Shown one piece after another: positions 46,514 to 55,166 of a stretch of DNA of 64,000 bases. Source of the stretch: an uncultured Chloroflexia bacterium. Lineage in GTDB: Bacteria; Chloroflexota; Limnocylindria; Limnocylindrales; CSP1-4. Within the stretch, counting starts at the first letter, position 1; every line of letters begins with the position of its first letter. A program made the position numbers and the translations under genes. The notes under the pieces are model-generated. The model ran no database searches and was not told where the DNA came from. It saw only the letters and a list, made by a program, of their open reading frames with translations. Where the stretch lies: NCBI GenBank assembly GCA_963734535.1, contig CAVTHS010000008.1, positions 480,001-544,000 on the forward strand, read 5' to 3'.

Positions 46514-47896
46514 ATGAGCCTGTTCGACATCTTCGTCACCGTGGACCAGCCGGACCTGTGGGCGGCGCGCGCCCAGATGGCCCTCTCGCTTGCCTGGCAC
46601 ATCGTGATCGCCTGTTTCGGCGTGGGCCTGCCCCTCCTGATCCTGGTCGTGGAGTTCCGCGGGCACCGGGGCGGCGGGCCTGTCTACGACGAGCTTGCCC
46701 ACCGCTGGGCGAAGGTCCTCGGCGTGCTGTTCGCCGTCGGCGCCGTGTCGGGCACGATCCTCTCGTTCGAGATGGGGATCCTCTGGCCGCGGCTGATCGA
46801 GACGTTCGGCTCGGTCATGGGACTGCCCTTCGCGATCGAAGGGGTTGCCTTCTTCATCGAGGCGATCTTCATCGGGATCTACCTGTACGGCTGGGACCGC
46901 CTGTCGCCGCGGGTCCACCTGCTGAGCGGCGTCCCGATCGTGATCAGCGGCGTCGCCTCCGCCTGGTTCGTCGTGACCGCGAATGCGTGGCTCAACCAGC
47001 CGGTCGGCTTCGTGCTCACCGACGGCGTGGTCACCGGCGTGGACCCGTGGGCCGCGATCTTCAACCCGGCGACCCCGATCGAGACGACGCACATGATCCT
47101 CGCCGCGCTGATGGTGACCGGCTTCGGGATCGCCGCCGGCCATGCCTGGGGCCTGCGCCGCGACCGCGGATCGCGCCTGCATCGGACGGGCTTCCTCGTG
47201 GCCTTCACGCTGGGTGCCCTCGTGACCCCGGCCCAGATCGTGGCGGGCGATGCGGCCGCCCAGTTCCTGGCCACGAACCAGCCGATCAAGCTCGCCGCCA
47301 TCGAGGGCCTCTACCAGTCGGAGCGCGGGGCGCCGCTCTCGATCGGCGGCATCCCGATCGACGGCCAGATGCGCTTCGCCCTCCAGATCCCCGACGGCCT
47401 TTCCCTGCTCGCGTTCCGCGACCCGAACGCCCTCGTCCAGGGGCTCGACACCGTCCCGGCTGACCAGCAGCCGCCGGTCCTTCCCGTGCACATCGCGTTC
47501 CAGGTCATGGTGGCGATCGGGTTCGCCCTGCTCGGCCTCGGCGCCTGGCTCCTCTGGGCCTGGTGGCGCCGGCGCGGCCTGCCCGGGTCGCGCATCTTCC
47601 TGCTGGGGGCCGTCGCCGCAGGCCCGGCCGCGGCGATCGCGATGGAGGCGGGCTGGGTCGTGACCGAGCTCGGCCGCCAGCCCTGGATCGTCTACCGCAT
47701 CATGCGGGTCGACGAGGCGGTTACCGCGGCGCGCGGCCTCCCGATCGGGCTCTTCACCCTGCTCGCGGTCTACGTCGTCCTGACGGTCGCCACCGTGTTC
47801 GTGGTCCGGCGGACCCTTGCGCCCGGCCCGGCCGGGCTCGACCCGCCCGGCGCGTCCGGCCCGCCCGAACCCGACCCGGCGGGGTCGCGATCGTGA
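46514..47896 (+). CDS. cydA: cytochrome bd ubiquinol oxidase subunit I
   Basis: AR-QMA--L-WH, FAVGAVSGT--SFE, E--AFF-EA-F, ANAWLNQP, QP-KLAAIEG, GW-VTE-GRQPW. Confidence 0.95.
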   Translation: MSLFDIFVTVDQPDLWAARAQMALSLAWHIVIACFGVGLPLLILVVEFRGHRGGGPVYDELAHRWAKVLGVLFAVGAVSGTILSFEMGILWPRLIETFGSVMGLPFAIEGVAFFIEAIFIGIYLYGWDRLSPRVHLLSGVPIVISGVASAWFVVTANAWLNQPVGFVLTDGVVTGVDPWAAIFNPATPIETTHMILAALMVTGFGIAAGHAWGLRRDRGSRLHRTGFLVAFTLGALVTPAQIVAGDAAAQFLATNQPIKLAAIEGLYQSERGAPLSIGGIPIDGQMRFALQIPDGLSLLAFRDPNALVQGLDTVPADQQPPVLPVHIAFQVMVAIGFALLGLGAWLLWAWWRRRGLPGSRIFLLGAVAAGPAAAIAMEAGWVVTELGRQPWIVYRIMRVDEAVTAARGLPIGLFTLLAVYVVLTVATVFVVRRTLAPGPAGLDPPGASGPPEPDPAGSRS

Positions 47897-48885
47897 CGAT
47901 CGCCGACGCGATCCTCGTCCTGCTCTGGGCGGGGCTGACCGCCTATGCGCTCTTCGGCGGCGCCGATTTCGGCGCCGGGTTCTGGGACCTCGTCCGCGGC
48001 GGCCGGCGAAACGATGCGATCGGGTCGCTCATCGAGGAGACGATCGGCCCGGTCTGGGAGGCCAACCACGTCTGGCTGATCTTCGCGCTCGTGGTGGTCT
48101 GGACCGCCTTCCCCATGGTCTTCGCCGCGGTCGCGTCGACGCTCTACATCCCGCTCACGGCGGTCGCGATCGGCGTGATCCTGCGCGGTTCGGCATTCGC
48201 CTTCCGCAAGTCCGTGCGGGAGCCGCGACTGGAGCGGTGGTTCGGGCTGCTCTTCGGGCTGTCGTCCATCATCACGCCGTTCTTCCTGGGCGCCATCGCC
48301 GGTGCCATCGCGTCCGGCCGCGTGCCGCCCGGGAACGCTGCCGGCGACGCGATCGGGAGCTGGCTCAACCCGACGTCGGTCCTGGGAGGGACGCTTGCGG
48401 TCGGCATCTGCGCATACCTCGCGGCGGTCTACCTGACCTCGGACGCACGCCGGGCGAGAGACCCGGGGCTTGCCGATGCCTTCCGTGGGCGAGCGCTCGT
48501 CATGGGCGTCGCGGTCGGGATGGTGGCGATGCTCGGGATCGTCGTGCTCGGCGCGGACGCCCCGATCCTGTACGACGGGCTCGTCTCGCGGGCCCTGCCG
48601 CTTGTCGTCCTGTCCGCAGTGGCCGGGCTGGGATCGCTGGTGCTCCTCTACCGCCGGAGGTTCGGCGCCGCCCGGATCAGCGCCGCCCTCGCGGTTGGGG
48701 GCGTCATGTGGGGATGGGCCGTGGCCCAGTACCCGAACCTCCTCGTCGGTTCCCTGACGATCGGCCAGGCGTCGGCTGCAGAGACAACCATGGTCGCGTT
48801 GCTGGCCAGCCTCCTGGTCGGGGCGATCCTCGTGGTCCCGTCGATGGCCGCGCTGTTCCTCCTCTCACAGCGGCCCCGCACCTGA
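47893..48885 (+). CDS. cydB: cytochrome bd ubiquinol oxidase subunit II
   Basis: GGADFGAG, IGPVWEANHVWLIF, AFP, LRG-AF-FR. Confidence 0.94.
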   Translation: MTIADAILVLLWAGLTAYALFGGADFGAGFWDLVRGGRRNDAIGSLIEETIGPVWEANHVWLIFALVVVWTAFPMVFAAVASTLYIPLTAVAIGVILRGSAFAFRKSVREPRLERWFGLLFGLSSIITPFFLGAIAGAIASGRVPPGNAAGDAIGSWLNPTSVLGGTLAVGICAYLAAVYLTSDARRARDPGLADAFRGRALVMGVAVGMVAMLGIVVLGADAPILYDGLVSRALPLVVLSAVAGLGSLVLLYRRRFGAARISAALAVGGVMWGWAVAQYPNLLVGSLTIGQASAAETTMVALLASLLVGAILVVPSMAALFLLSQRPRT

Positions 48886-48932
48886 GCCGCGCGTCGACCG
48901 CGGACGAGGGCGCCCGCGGTCCGCTCGATCGG

Positions 48933-49424
48933 TCAGGGCTTGACGGCTGACCAGCCGGTGTAGATGCCGTTCGAATCGCCGGCGGCCTTGTCGCCCGCGA
49001 AGAAGTAGAGCGGCTTCCCGTTGTACGTCACCTGGAGCGTGCCGTCGTCTGCCCGCGTGATCGTCCCGAGCTTCCCGGTGACCCCGCTGGCGCCGGTCGG
49101 AGTGGAGCCGGCCGGGACCGTGAGCGCGGGCCACTTCGTGATGCACCCGCCGGTGCAGGCGCTGGTGCCGCTGTTGGCGACATCCTTGTCGAACGTGTAG
49201 ACCGTCATCCCGTTCGAGCTGGCCACGACGAGCGTGCCGACCGTGCCGACCGTCGCGGTCATCACCACGGGTCCACCGGCCGCGGCCGGGGCCGATGCCG
49301 CGGCGGAGGCGGCCGGCGCCGCCGAAGGGCTCGCGGCCGGCGCGGCCGTTGCCGCCCCGCTACAGGCTGCCGCGACCCCGGCGATGAGAATGATGGCTCC
49401 AGCCATCGTGTTGCGTGCGTTCAT
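48933..49424 (-). CDS. secreted repeat lipoprotein (Yx(F/W)xxD, Lipoprotein_15-like)
   Basis: lipobox AAAC; GMTVYTFDKD, C---C---WP, R-DG--QVTYNGKPLY-F-GD. Confidence 0.88.
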   Translation of the reverse strand: MNARNTMAGAIILIAGVAAACSGAATAAPAASPSAAPAASAAASAPAAAGGPVVMTATVGTVGTLVVASSNGMTVYTFDKDVANSGTSACTGGCITKWPALTVPAGSTPTGASGVTGKLGTITRADDGTLQVTYNGKPLYFFAGDKAAGDSNGIYTGWSAVKP

Positions 49425-49485
49425 CGGTCACCCCGTTGCATGGTCCATGTCGGTTCGGGGAACGAAGGCGCCCCCCACACCCGTC

Positions 49486-49513
49486 TTACGGCCACGGTCG
49501 GTGGGTGGTTTTC
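49486..49513 (-). promoter_or_regulatory. possible ECF-sigma promoter
   Basis: GAAAACC-16 nt-CGTAA on the minus strand upstream of the lipoprotein. Confidence 0.4.
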
Positions 49514-49630
49514 GGGGGCGACATCGCAACCCTCGGACGAGGTCCGACGGCGGCGGGCTGCGACGATGTGAGCGCGTGATCGGCGGTGCGGCAGGGGCCG
49601 GCTCCGCCGCGCCAGGATCGAGGGGCCGGG

Positions 49631-50935
49631 TCAGCCGTCCGCCGTGGAACGGGAGGGCGTGCTCGCCGCGCCGGCCCGCGACCGCGCCGCCAGCCGCTTC
49701 TCGGCGTTCGCCACGGCGGTCCGGGCCTCGCGCTCCGTGCGGCTGCCGTCCATCGCGTAGCGGTCCGCGCACATCAGGTCGAACGCGTGGACCGCCGCCT
49801 CCTGGTTCGAGTACCGCCCCGCCTCCCAGCTTCGCGAGCGCGTGCCCTGCTGCTGGAGCTCCACGACGTGGTAGTCCTCGCGGTTCGTGATGTCCCAGAA
49901 CTCCACGGCGCCGGACACGTCCGCCGATCCAACCTGGTCCGCGTCCACGTACAGCTCGCAGACGACCTTCGAGCGGCCGGGGCCGTCCGGCCATGCCTGG
50001 TGGGTCAGCACGTAGTCCGGGTGGACCGAGACGATCAGGTTCGGCCAGAGGATGTAGTAGTAGATCCGGCCGGCCTCGATCTCGTCGCGGGCGTAGAGCA
50101 GCGGGCGCCCGTGGCGCTGGCCGTCGAGCGACATCGTCTCGCAGCCGTTCGCGAACACCATCCAGCCGCCCTTCCACGGGCCGCTCGGGAAGAAGTCCTC
50201 GCCCAGGTCGTACGGGGTCAGCCGGTTGAGCAGCGGGTGGACTCCCGGGCAGTGGTAGCACTCCGAGTAGTTCTCGGCGACGATCTTCCAGTTCGCCGCG
50301 ACGTCGTACTCGAGCCGGGCGGCGCGCCGGAGCCGCGCGAAGTCACGCCCGAAGCCGGCGTGGTGGGCGAACCAGTCGCCGAGGTACGCCTCGAGGCCGG
50401 GGGTCGCGTCGTCGAAGCAGAGGAAGATCCAGCCGCCCCAGGCTTCCGCCCGGATCGACGCGAGGCCGAACGTCTCGAGGCTGAAGTCCTCGAGGTCCTC
50501 CGTGTGCCTGGCCCGGGCGAGGCGTCCGTCGAGGTCATAGATCCAGGCGTGGTACGGGCACTGGAAGCGGACGGCGGTGCCGCATTCGCGCTCCTCCACG
50601 GCCGTTCCGCGATGCCGGCAGACGTTGTAGAAGGCACGGACCACGTCGTCGCCAGCGCGGACCAGCAGGATGCTCTCGCCGAAGTAGTCGCGCAGGACGA
50701 AGCTCCCGGGGTCGGGCAGCTCCTCCGCGCGCGCCACCGCGACCCAGTCGCGGAAGAACCACTCGTCACGCTCGAAGTCCAGGAACGCCTCGTCGTGGTA
50801 GGCACGGCCGGGGAGGAGGCGCGCGCCGCGGAACGGGCGTCGGATGGAGGCAAGCTCGTCCGGCGTCAGCGGCGACGCGCGATGCGACGGCGGCGTGGCG
50901 GTCGTGTGGCGGGGCTCCTGCGGCGTGGCGGTCAT
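49631..50935 (-). CDS. Rieske ring-hydroxylating oxygenase alpha subunit (GbcA/choline monooxygenase-like)
   Basis: NVCRHRG...CPYHAW-Y; ANWK---ENYSECYHC--VHP; ED---VE--Q-G. Confidence 0.9.
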   Translation of the reverse strand: MTATPQEPRHTTATPPSHRASPLTPDELASIRRPFRGARLLPGRAYHDEAFLDFERDEWFFRDWVAVARAEELPDPGSFVLRDYFGESILLVRAGDDVVRAFYNVCRHRGTAVEERECGTAVRFQCPYHAWIYDLDGRLARARHTEDLEDFSLETFGLASIRAEAWGGWIFLCFDDATPGLEAYLGDWFAHHAGFGRDFARLRRAARLEYDVAANWKIVAENYSECYHCPGVHPLLNRLTPYDLGEDFFPSGPWKGGWMVFANGCETMSLDGQRHGRPLLYARDEIEAGRIYYYILWPNLIVSVHPDYVLTHQAWPDGPGRSKVVCELYVDADQVGSADVSGAVEFWDITNREDYHVVELQQQGTRSRSWEAGRYSNQEAAVHAFDLMCADRYAMDGSRTEREARTAVANAEKRLAARSRAGAASTPSRSTADG

Positions 50936-51084
50936 GCGGGGCGGCTCCTGCGGCGTAACTCCTGCGGCGCGAGCCCGGATCGTAGCGGATGGCGACGAAA
51001 GCCCGGTCGAATCGACACGCTCCTGATCGTCGCGAGCCCAATGGCTCGACCAAGATCGCCACGGCCCATATCGTTCACGGGGAC

Positions 51085-52869
51085 TCAGTCGAGCGTGACC
51101 ACCTCGTGCCAGCGCGGGACGTGCACGTCGAAGCCGAGCGCGGCGACCTTCGGGGCGAGCTCCGCCTGCGGCCCCGGATCGCCGTGGACCAGGAAGACGC
51201 GCCGCGGGAAGCCGGGGTCGCCGGCGGCCTTCCCATGGCCGAATCCCGCCAGCCAGGCGAGCAGCCCCGGCTCGTCCGCGTGAGCGGAGAAGCCGCTGAT
51301 CGACGCGATCCGGCAGCGGACGTCGCGAACCTGCCCGTCCAGGCGGACCGTCCGGGCGCCCTCCTGGAGGTGGCGGCCCAGCGTCCCCTCGCCCTGGTAG
51401 CCCACGAACAGGATCGTGGCAGCGGGGTCGTCGATCAGGTTCCGGAGGTGCCCGACCACCCGTCCGCCGGTGAGCATGCCGTTGGACGCCACGATCATGT
51501 AGGGCCGGCGCGCCCTGGCGATCGCCTGCGACTGCGCCATGTCGTTGACCACGATCTGCTTCGGGTAGTCGAGCGGCGTGTCGCCTGTTTCGAAGAGCGC
51601 CCGCGTCTCTTCGTCGAAGTACTCCGTGTGGCGCCGGTAGATGTCGCTCGCCTTCGAGGCCATCGGCGAGTCCAGGTAGAGCGGGAGGGCCGGGATCTCG
51701 CCGGCCGACACCAGGCGATCCAGCTCCCAGACGATCTCCTGGGTCCGCCCGATCGCGAACGACGGCACGAGCAGGACGCCATCGTGCTCCGCGACGAGAC
51801 GGACGGTCTCGGCCAGGATCCGGTGCGCCTCGGCCGTCGGCTCGTGCTCCCGGCCGCCGTAGGTGGACTCGCAGAGGACGTAGTCGGCGTCGCTCATGGG
51901 CGTCGGGTCGGCGATGATCGGCGCCCCGGCCCGGCCCAGGTCGCCGGAGAAGACGAGGATCCGCTCCGGCCCGCCGGGCACGTCCTGCACGCGGAGCCGG
52001 ATGATCGAGGAGCCCAGGATGTGACCCGCGTCGAGGTAGGTCGCGTGGATCCCGGGCGCGACCTCCTCCTCCACGCCGTAGCGGACGGGGCGGAAGCCGC
52101 GGAGGCTCTCCACCGCGTCCCGTTCCGTGTAGAGCGGCGCGTCCAGGTCGGGCGTCAGTTCCGCGCCGGTCGCCCGAAGGTCGCGCTCGTGGTCCGGTCG
52201 CCCGGGTCCTCCGACCGGCTCGATCGACGTGGCGACGTGCGCGCCTTCGGCGTGCGCCGCCTCCTGGGCATGGCGAATGGTCCCCGGGGCGGCGGCGAGG
52301 CTGGCGGGTGCGGGCACCGCCGGCGTCGACGCGAGCGACGCTGGCGTGGGTGCGGTCGAACCGGACGTTGGCGCGTCATCGACCGTCTCGTGGCTCCGGG
52401 CTGCGAAGCTCGCCGCGGCGCTGGTCGGCTGCGTGCCGTGCTCACCAGCCTCGGCGAGCTCGATCGCGGCGTCGAGCGCCGCCTGTTCCTTCGCGTCGTC
52501 GGCCTCCGCCCGGTCCGGGTGGCGCCGCTCCCAGCGATCCTCGCGCTTGCTGAACTCCTCCTGGAGCCGCCCCGAGTCGAGCAGGACGAGGCGCGCGAGC
52601 TCGATTGTCCCTGCGGTCGCGCGAATCGGGCCACGGAAGCCTTCCCGGACGACATGCGGGATCAGCCCGCAGTGGTCCAGGTGGGCGTGCGTGAGGAGGA
52701 TCGCGTCGAGGGTGGCGGGGTCGAATGCGAGCGGGATCCGGTTGCGGATCGCCTCGTTGGGCCCTCCCTGGAACATCCCGCAATCCACGAGGATGCGTGC
52801 CTGGCCGGTCTCGAGGAGGAACTGGCTGCCCGTGACGGTGGTCGCGGCGCCGAGGAAGTGAAGGTCCAT
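51085..52869 (-). CDS. MBL-fold beta-CASP RNA-processing nuclease with low-complexity insertion
   Basis: VTGS, DCGMFQG, THAHLDHCG, AGHILGS, FSGDLG, ESTYG, P-FAIGRTQE, GYQ-EGT-G, FSAHAD, LVHG. Confidence 0.92.
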   Translation of the reverse strand: MDLHFLGAATTVTGSQFLLETGQARILVDCGMFQGGPNEAIRNRIPLAFDPATLDAILLTHAHLDHCGLIPHVVREGFRGPIRATAGTIELARLVLLDSGRLQEEFSKREDRWERRHPDRAEADDAKEQAALDAAIELAEAGEHGTQPTSAAASFAARSHETVDDAPTSGSTAPTPASLASTPAVPAPASLAAAPGTIRHAQEAAHAEGAHVATSIEPVGGPGRPDHERDLRATGAELTPDLDAPLYTERDAVESLRGFRPVRYGVEEEVAPGIHATYLDAGHILGSSIIRLRVQDVPGGPERILVFSGDLGRAGAPIIADPTPMSDADYVLCESTYGGREHEPTAEAHRILAETVRLVAEHDGVLLVPSFAIGRTQEIVWELDRLVSAGEIPALPLYLDSPMASKASDIYRRHTEYFDEETRALFETGDTPLDYPKQIVVNDMAQSQAIARARRPYMIVASNGMLTGGRVVGHLRNLIDDPAATILFVGYQGEGTLGRHLQEGARTVRLDGQVRDVRCRIASISGFSAHADEPGLLAWLAGFGHGKAAGDPGFPRRVFLVHGDPGPQAELAPKVAALGFDVHVPRWHEVVTLD

Positions 52870-52982
52870 GACGCGGATGGTGCCACCGGCGCGGGGCTGC
52901 GTCACGTCGCGGGCCGTGCCACGGCGCACGCGCGCGCCGGCCCGACCGGGCCAGGCGCGGAGGGTGCCAGCCGGAGCCGCGC

Positions 52983-53838
52983 TCATGCGTGCCCGGCGTC
53001 GCGCAGCCGGCGCAACAGATCCGCGTAGTCGCGGTGCCGCGGTCGAAGGGTCGCAAGGAGATCGAGGGACGTCCAGGCGGGACTGCGGGGCCGTTCGACC
53101 GGGTCGAAGATGACCACCGTCGAGGTGACACCAGGCGAGCGCAGGCCGGCCGCCGTCCCACCACCGGGCGAAAGCGTCGGGCGCGTCCGGGCCAAGGCTC
53201 CTGATGGTGGCTTCCCGAAGGCGGACGACGTGCAGGCAATCGGCCGTCCAGGCGATCGTGAGCACGTGCGTCACCGAGCGGAAGCCGCCCCGGATCGCGT
53301 GCCGGTCTGCGAGCGCTCCCGCCAGGTACTGCCGCTTCACGTTCCACGCTCCGGCCATCTCACCGACGTTCGGGATCGCGGTCTTCACCTCGTGGTGGAG
53401 GAGATCCGGGCCCGTCCGGGTCGACCGCCGTCACGTCGGCGCGCCCGGCGAACTGGAAGTGCTGGAAGGGTTCATCGACTCCGACGCGGCGACCCTGGGC
53501 ACCGTACCGTGCCGCGAGGGCTTCGACGATCGCTGCGTGGACGGGATCCTGGGCGCGACCTGCGGACGCCTTCACGCGGGGTCGTCGAGGGAGACTTCGA
53601 GCCGAAGGCCGAGCGCGAGCCCGAGCCTCGAGCGTACGTCTCCAGGCTGGTCTGGTCACCGCGCTCCACGAGGTAGACCAGGGTCCGCGAGACGCCCGCC
53701 TCGAGGGCCAGACGCCCGGTCGTCCAGCGGCGCCGCACGCGGGCCGCGCGGACCTGCGCCCCGAGCGCGGCGCAGATGACGGTCACGCGGGCGAGCGACG
53801 GCGGGAGTCGCAGGCTGGACCGTTCGAAACGGCGACAT
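52983..53838 (-). pseudogene. XRE-type HTH fused to PD-(D/E)xK-like domain, multiply frameshifted
   Basis: fragments in different frames: R-RRRWT---LA-EAGVSR--V--VERG; DPVHA-IVE; AGRADV; HEVKT; about 4 shifts. Confidence 0.6.
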
Positions 53839-54134
53839 TGCACGTGAAGTGAACACCCCGCCCCTCACTCGACGCGTATCTCGCTCGCCCCGTGAGCCGG
53901 TGCGAACGCTCGCCGCCGGCGCTGACGAGTCGTGAGCGTGGCGAGCCGCGAACGCGTCGCTGAGCGTGACGAACGGTCACCCTGCGGTCACCGGAGCGGG
54001 ATTGACGGATCGCGCGAACGCTACCCGAGGCTGCCCGGGGCCGGCATCAGGCCGCCGGTGTTGACTTCACGTGCGATTCTGCGCTGCCTGGTCGCGGAAC
54101 TCTGGAGAGCGCTCGGCCCGGGCGGCTGATCGGG

Positions 54135-54197
54135 CACGACACGCTGCCCGGCTCGACCCGCGGCCCAGCGCGACACGACACGCTCCCCGGCTCGACC
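54135..54197 (+). repeat. 24-bp direct repeat CACGACACGCT(G/C)CCCGGCTCGACC x2
   Basis: copies at 54135 and 54174. Confidence 0.8.
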
Positions 54198-54298
54198 GGC
54201 CGCGCGCCAGGCGCACAGCGACCCGTCCCCGCCGCATTCCGGCCCAGACCCCACGACCCCGAATGCCGGACCCGCCGCGTCCCGTTACGATCGAGCAC

Positions 54299-54967
54299 AT
54301 GCACGATCGCTGGTTCGGGTGGAGCGTCGCGCGGCGCCTGCCCGGGCTCATCGCGGGGCTGCTCCTGTTCGGCCTCGGGATCGCCGCGATGGCGGACGCC
54401 GGGCTCGGCCTCGGGCCGTGGGAGGTGCTCCACCAGGGAATCGGGCGCCACATCGGCGTGGATCTCGGCACCGTGAGCATCCTCGTGGGGATCCCGATCC
54501 TGTTCCTCTGGTGGCCGCTCGGGGAGCGGCCGGGGATCGGCACGATCCTCAACGTCGTGCTGATCGGGACTGCGACGAACGTCGCGCTGCCCCTCCTGCC
54601 CCAGCCATCCCAGCCGGTCCTGCAGCTGGCGATGACCGCCGCGGGAGTCCTCGTGATCGGGATCGCGACCGGCCTGTACCTCGCGGCCGACCTTGGAGCC
54701 GGCCCGCGCGATGGCGTCATGACCGGCATGCACCATCGGTACGGCTGGTCGATCCGGCGGGCGCGAACGGCGATCGAGCTGAGCGCCCTGGTGGCCGGGT
54801 TCCTGCTGGGCGGCACCGTCGGGATCGGGACGATGCTCTTCGCGTTCGGAATCGGGCCGATCGTCCAGGTCGCGCTCGGCGTGTTCGACCGCGAGGGGCG
54901 AGTCGCGCGGGCGCGCCGCCCGGATCTGGCCGAGGCGCTCGACTCCCCGGGCACCGTGGGCGAGTAG
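54299..54967 (+). CDS. YczE/YyaS/YitT family membrane protein
   Basis: LGLGPWEVLHQG, PGIGT--N, LGAGPRDG-M-G, GGTVG-GT. Confidence 0.88.
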   Translation: MHDRWFGWSVARRLPGLIAGLLLFGLGIAAMADAGLGLGPWEVLHQGIGRHIGVDLGTVSILVGIPILFLWWPLGERPGIGTILNVVLIGTATNVALPLLPQPSQPVLQLAMTAAGVLVIGIATGLYLAADLGAGPRDGVMTGMHHRYGWSIRRARTAIELSALVAGFLLGGTVGIGTMLFAFGIGPIVQVALGVFDREGRVARARRPDLAEALDSPGTVGE

Positions 54968-54985
54968 CGCGAGGCAAGCCTGGCA

Positions 54986-55160
54986 TCACCCCCCGGGCGA
55001 GCCCGGCGTCACCCCCGGGCAGCCCGGGCCGCCCGCCCCGGCTCGAGCAATTCGCCCGGCAGCGCCCAGCCCGGCCAGGCCCCGGGGCAGCCCGGCAGCC
55101 CGCCCCGGCTCGAGCAACCGGCCCGGCTCCGGCCAGGGCACCCAGCCCGACCGGGGCCGC
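54986..55160 (+). repeat. GC-rich repeat cluster incl. perfect 20-bp repeat GCCCGCCCCGGCTCGAGCAA x2
   Basis: copies at 55031 and 55098, plus a TCACCCCCGGGC-like pair. Confidence 0.7.
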
Positions 55161-55166
55161 GCCGGC

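Noticed and set aside
51085-53388. 767-aa ORF as a single fusion protein
   Set aside because: The upstream part belongs to the frameshifted XRE-nuclease gene; the MBL fold starts at 52869.
55031-55117. Possible mini-CRISPR (20-bp repeat, 47-bp spacer)
   Set aside because: Only two short copies, repetitive spacer, no leader or cas genes.
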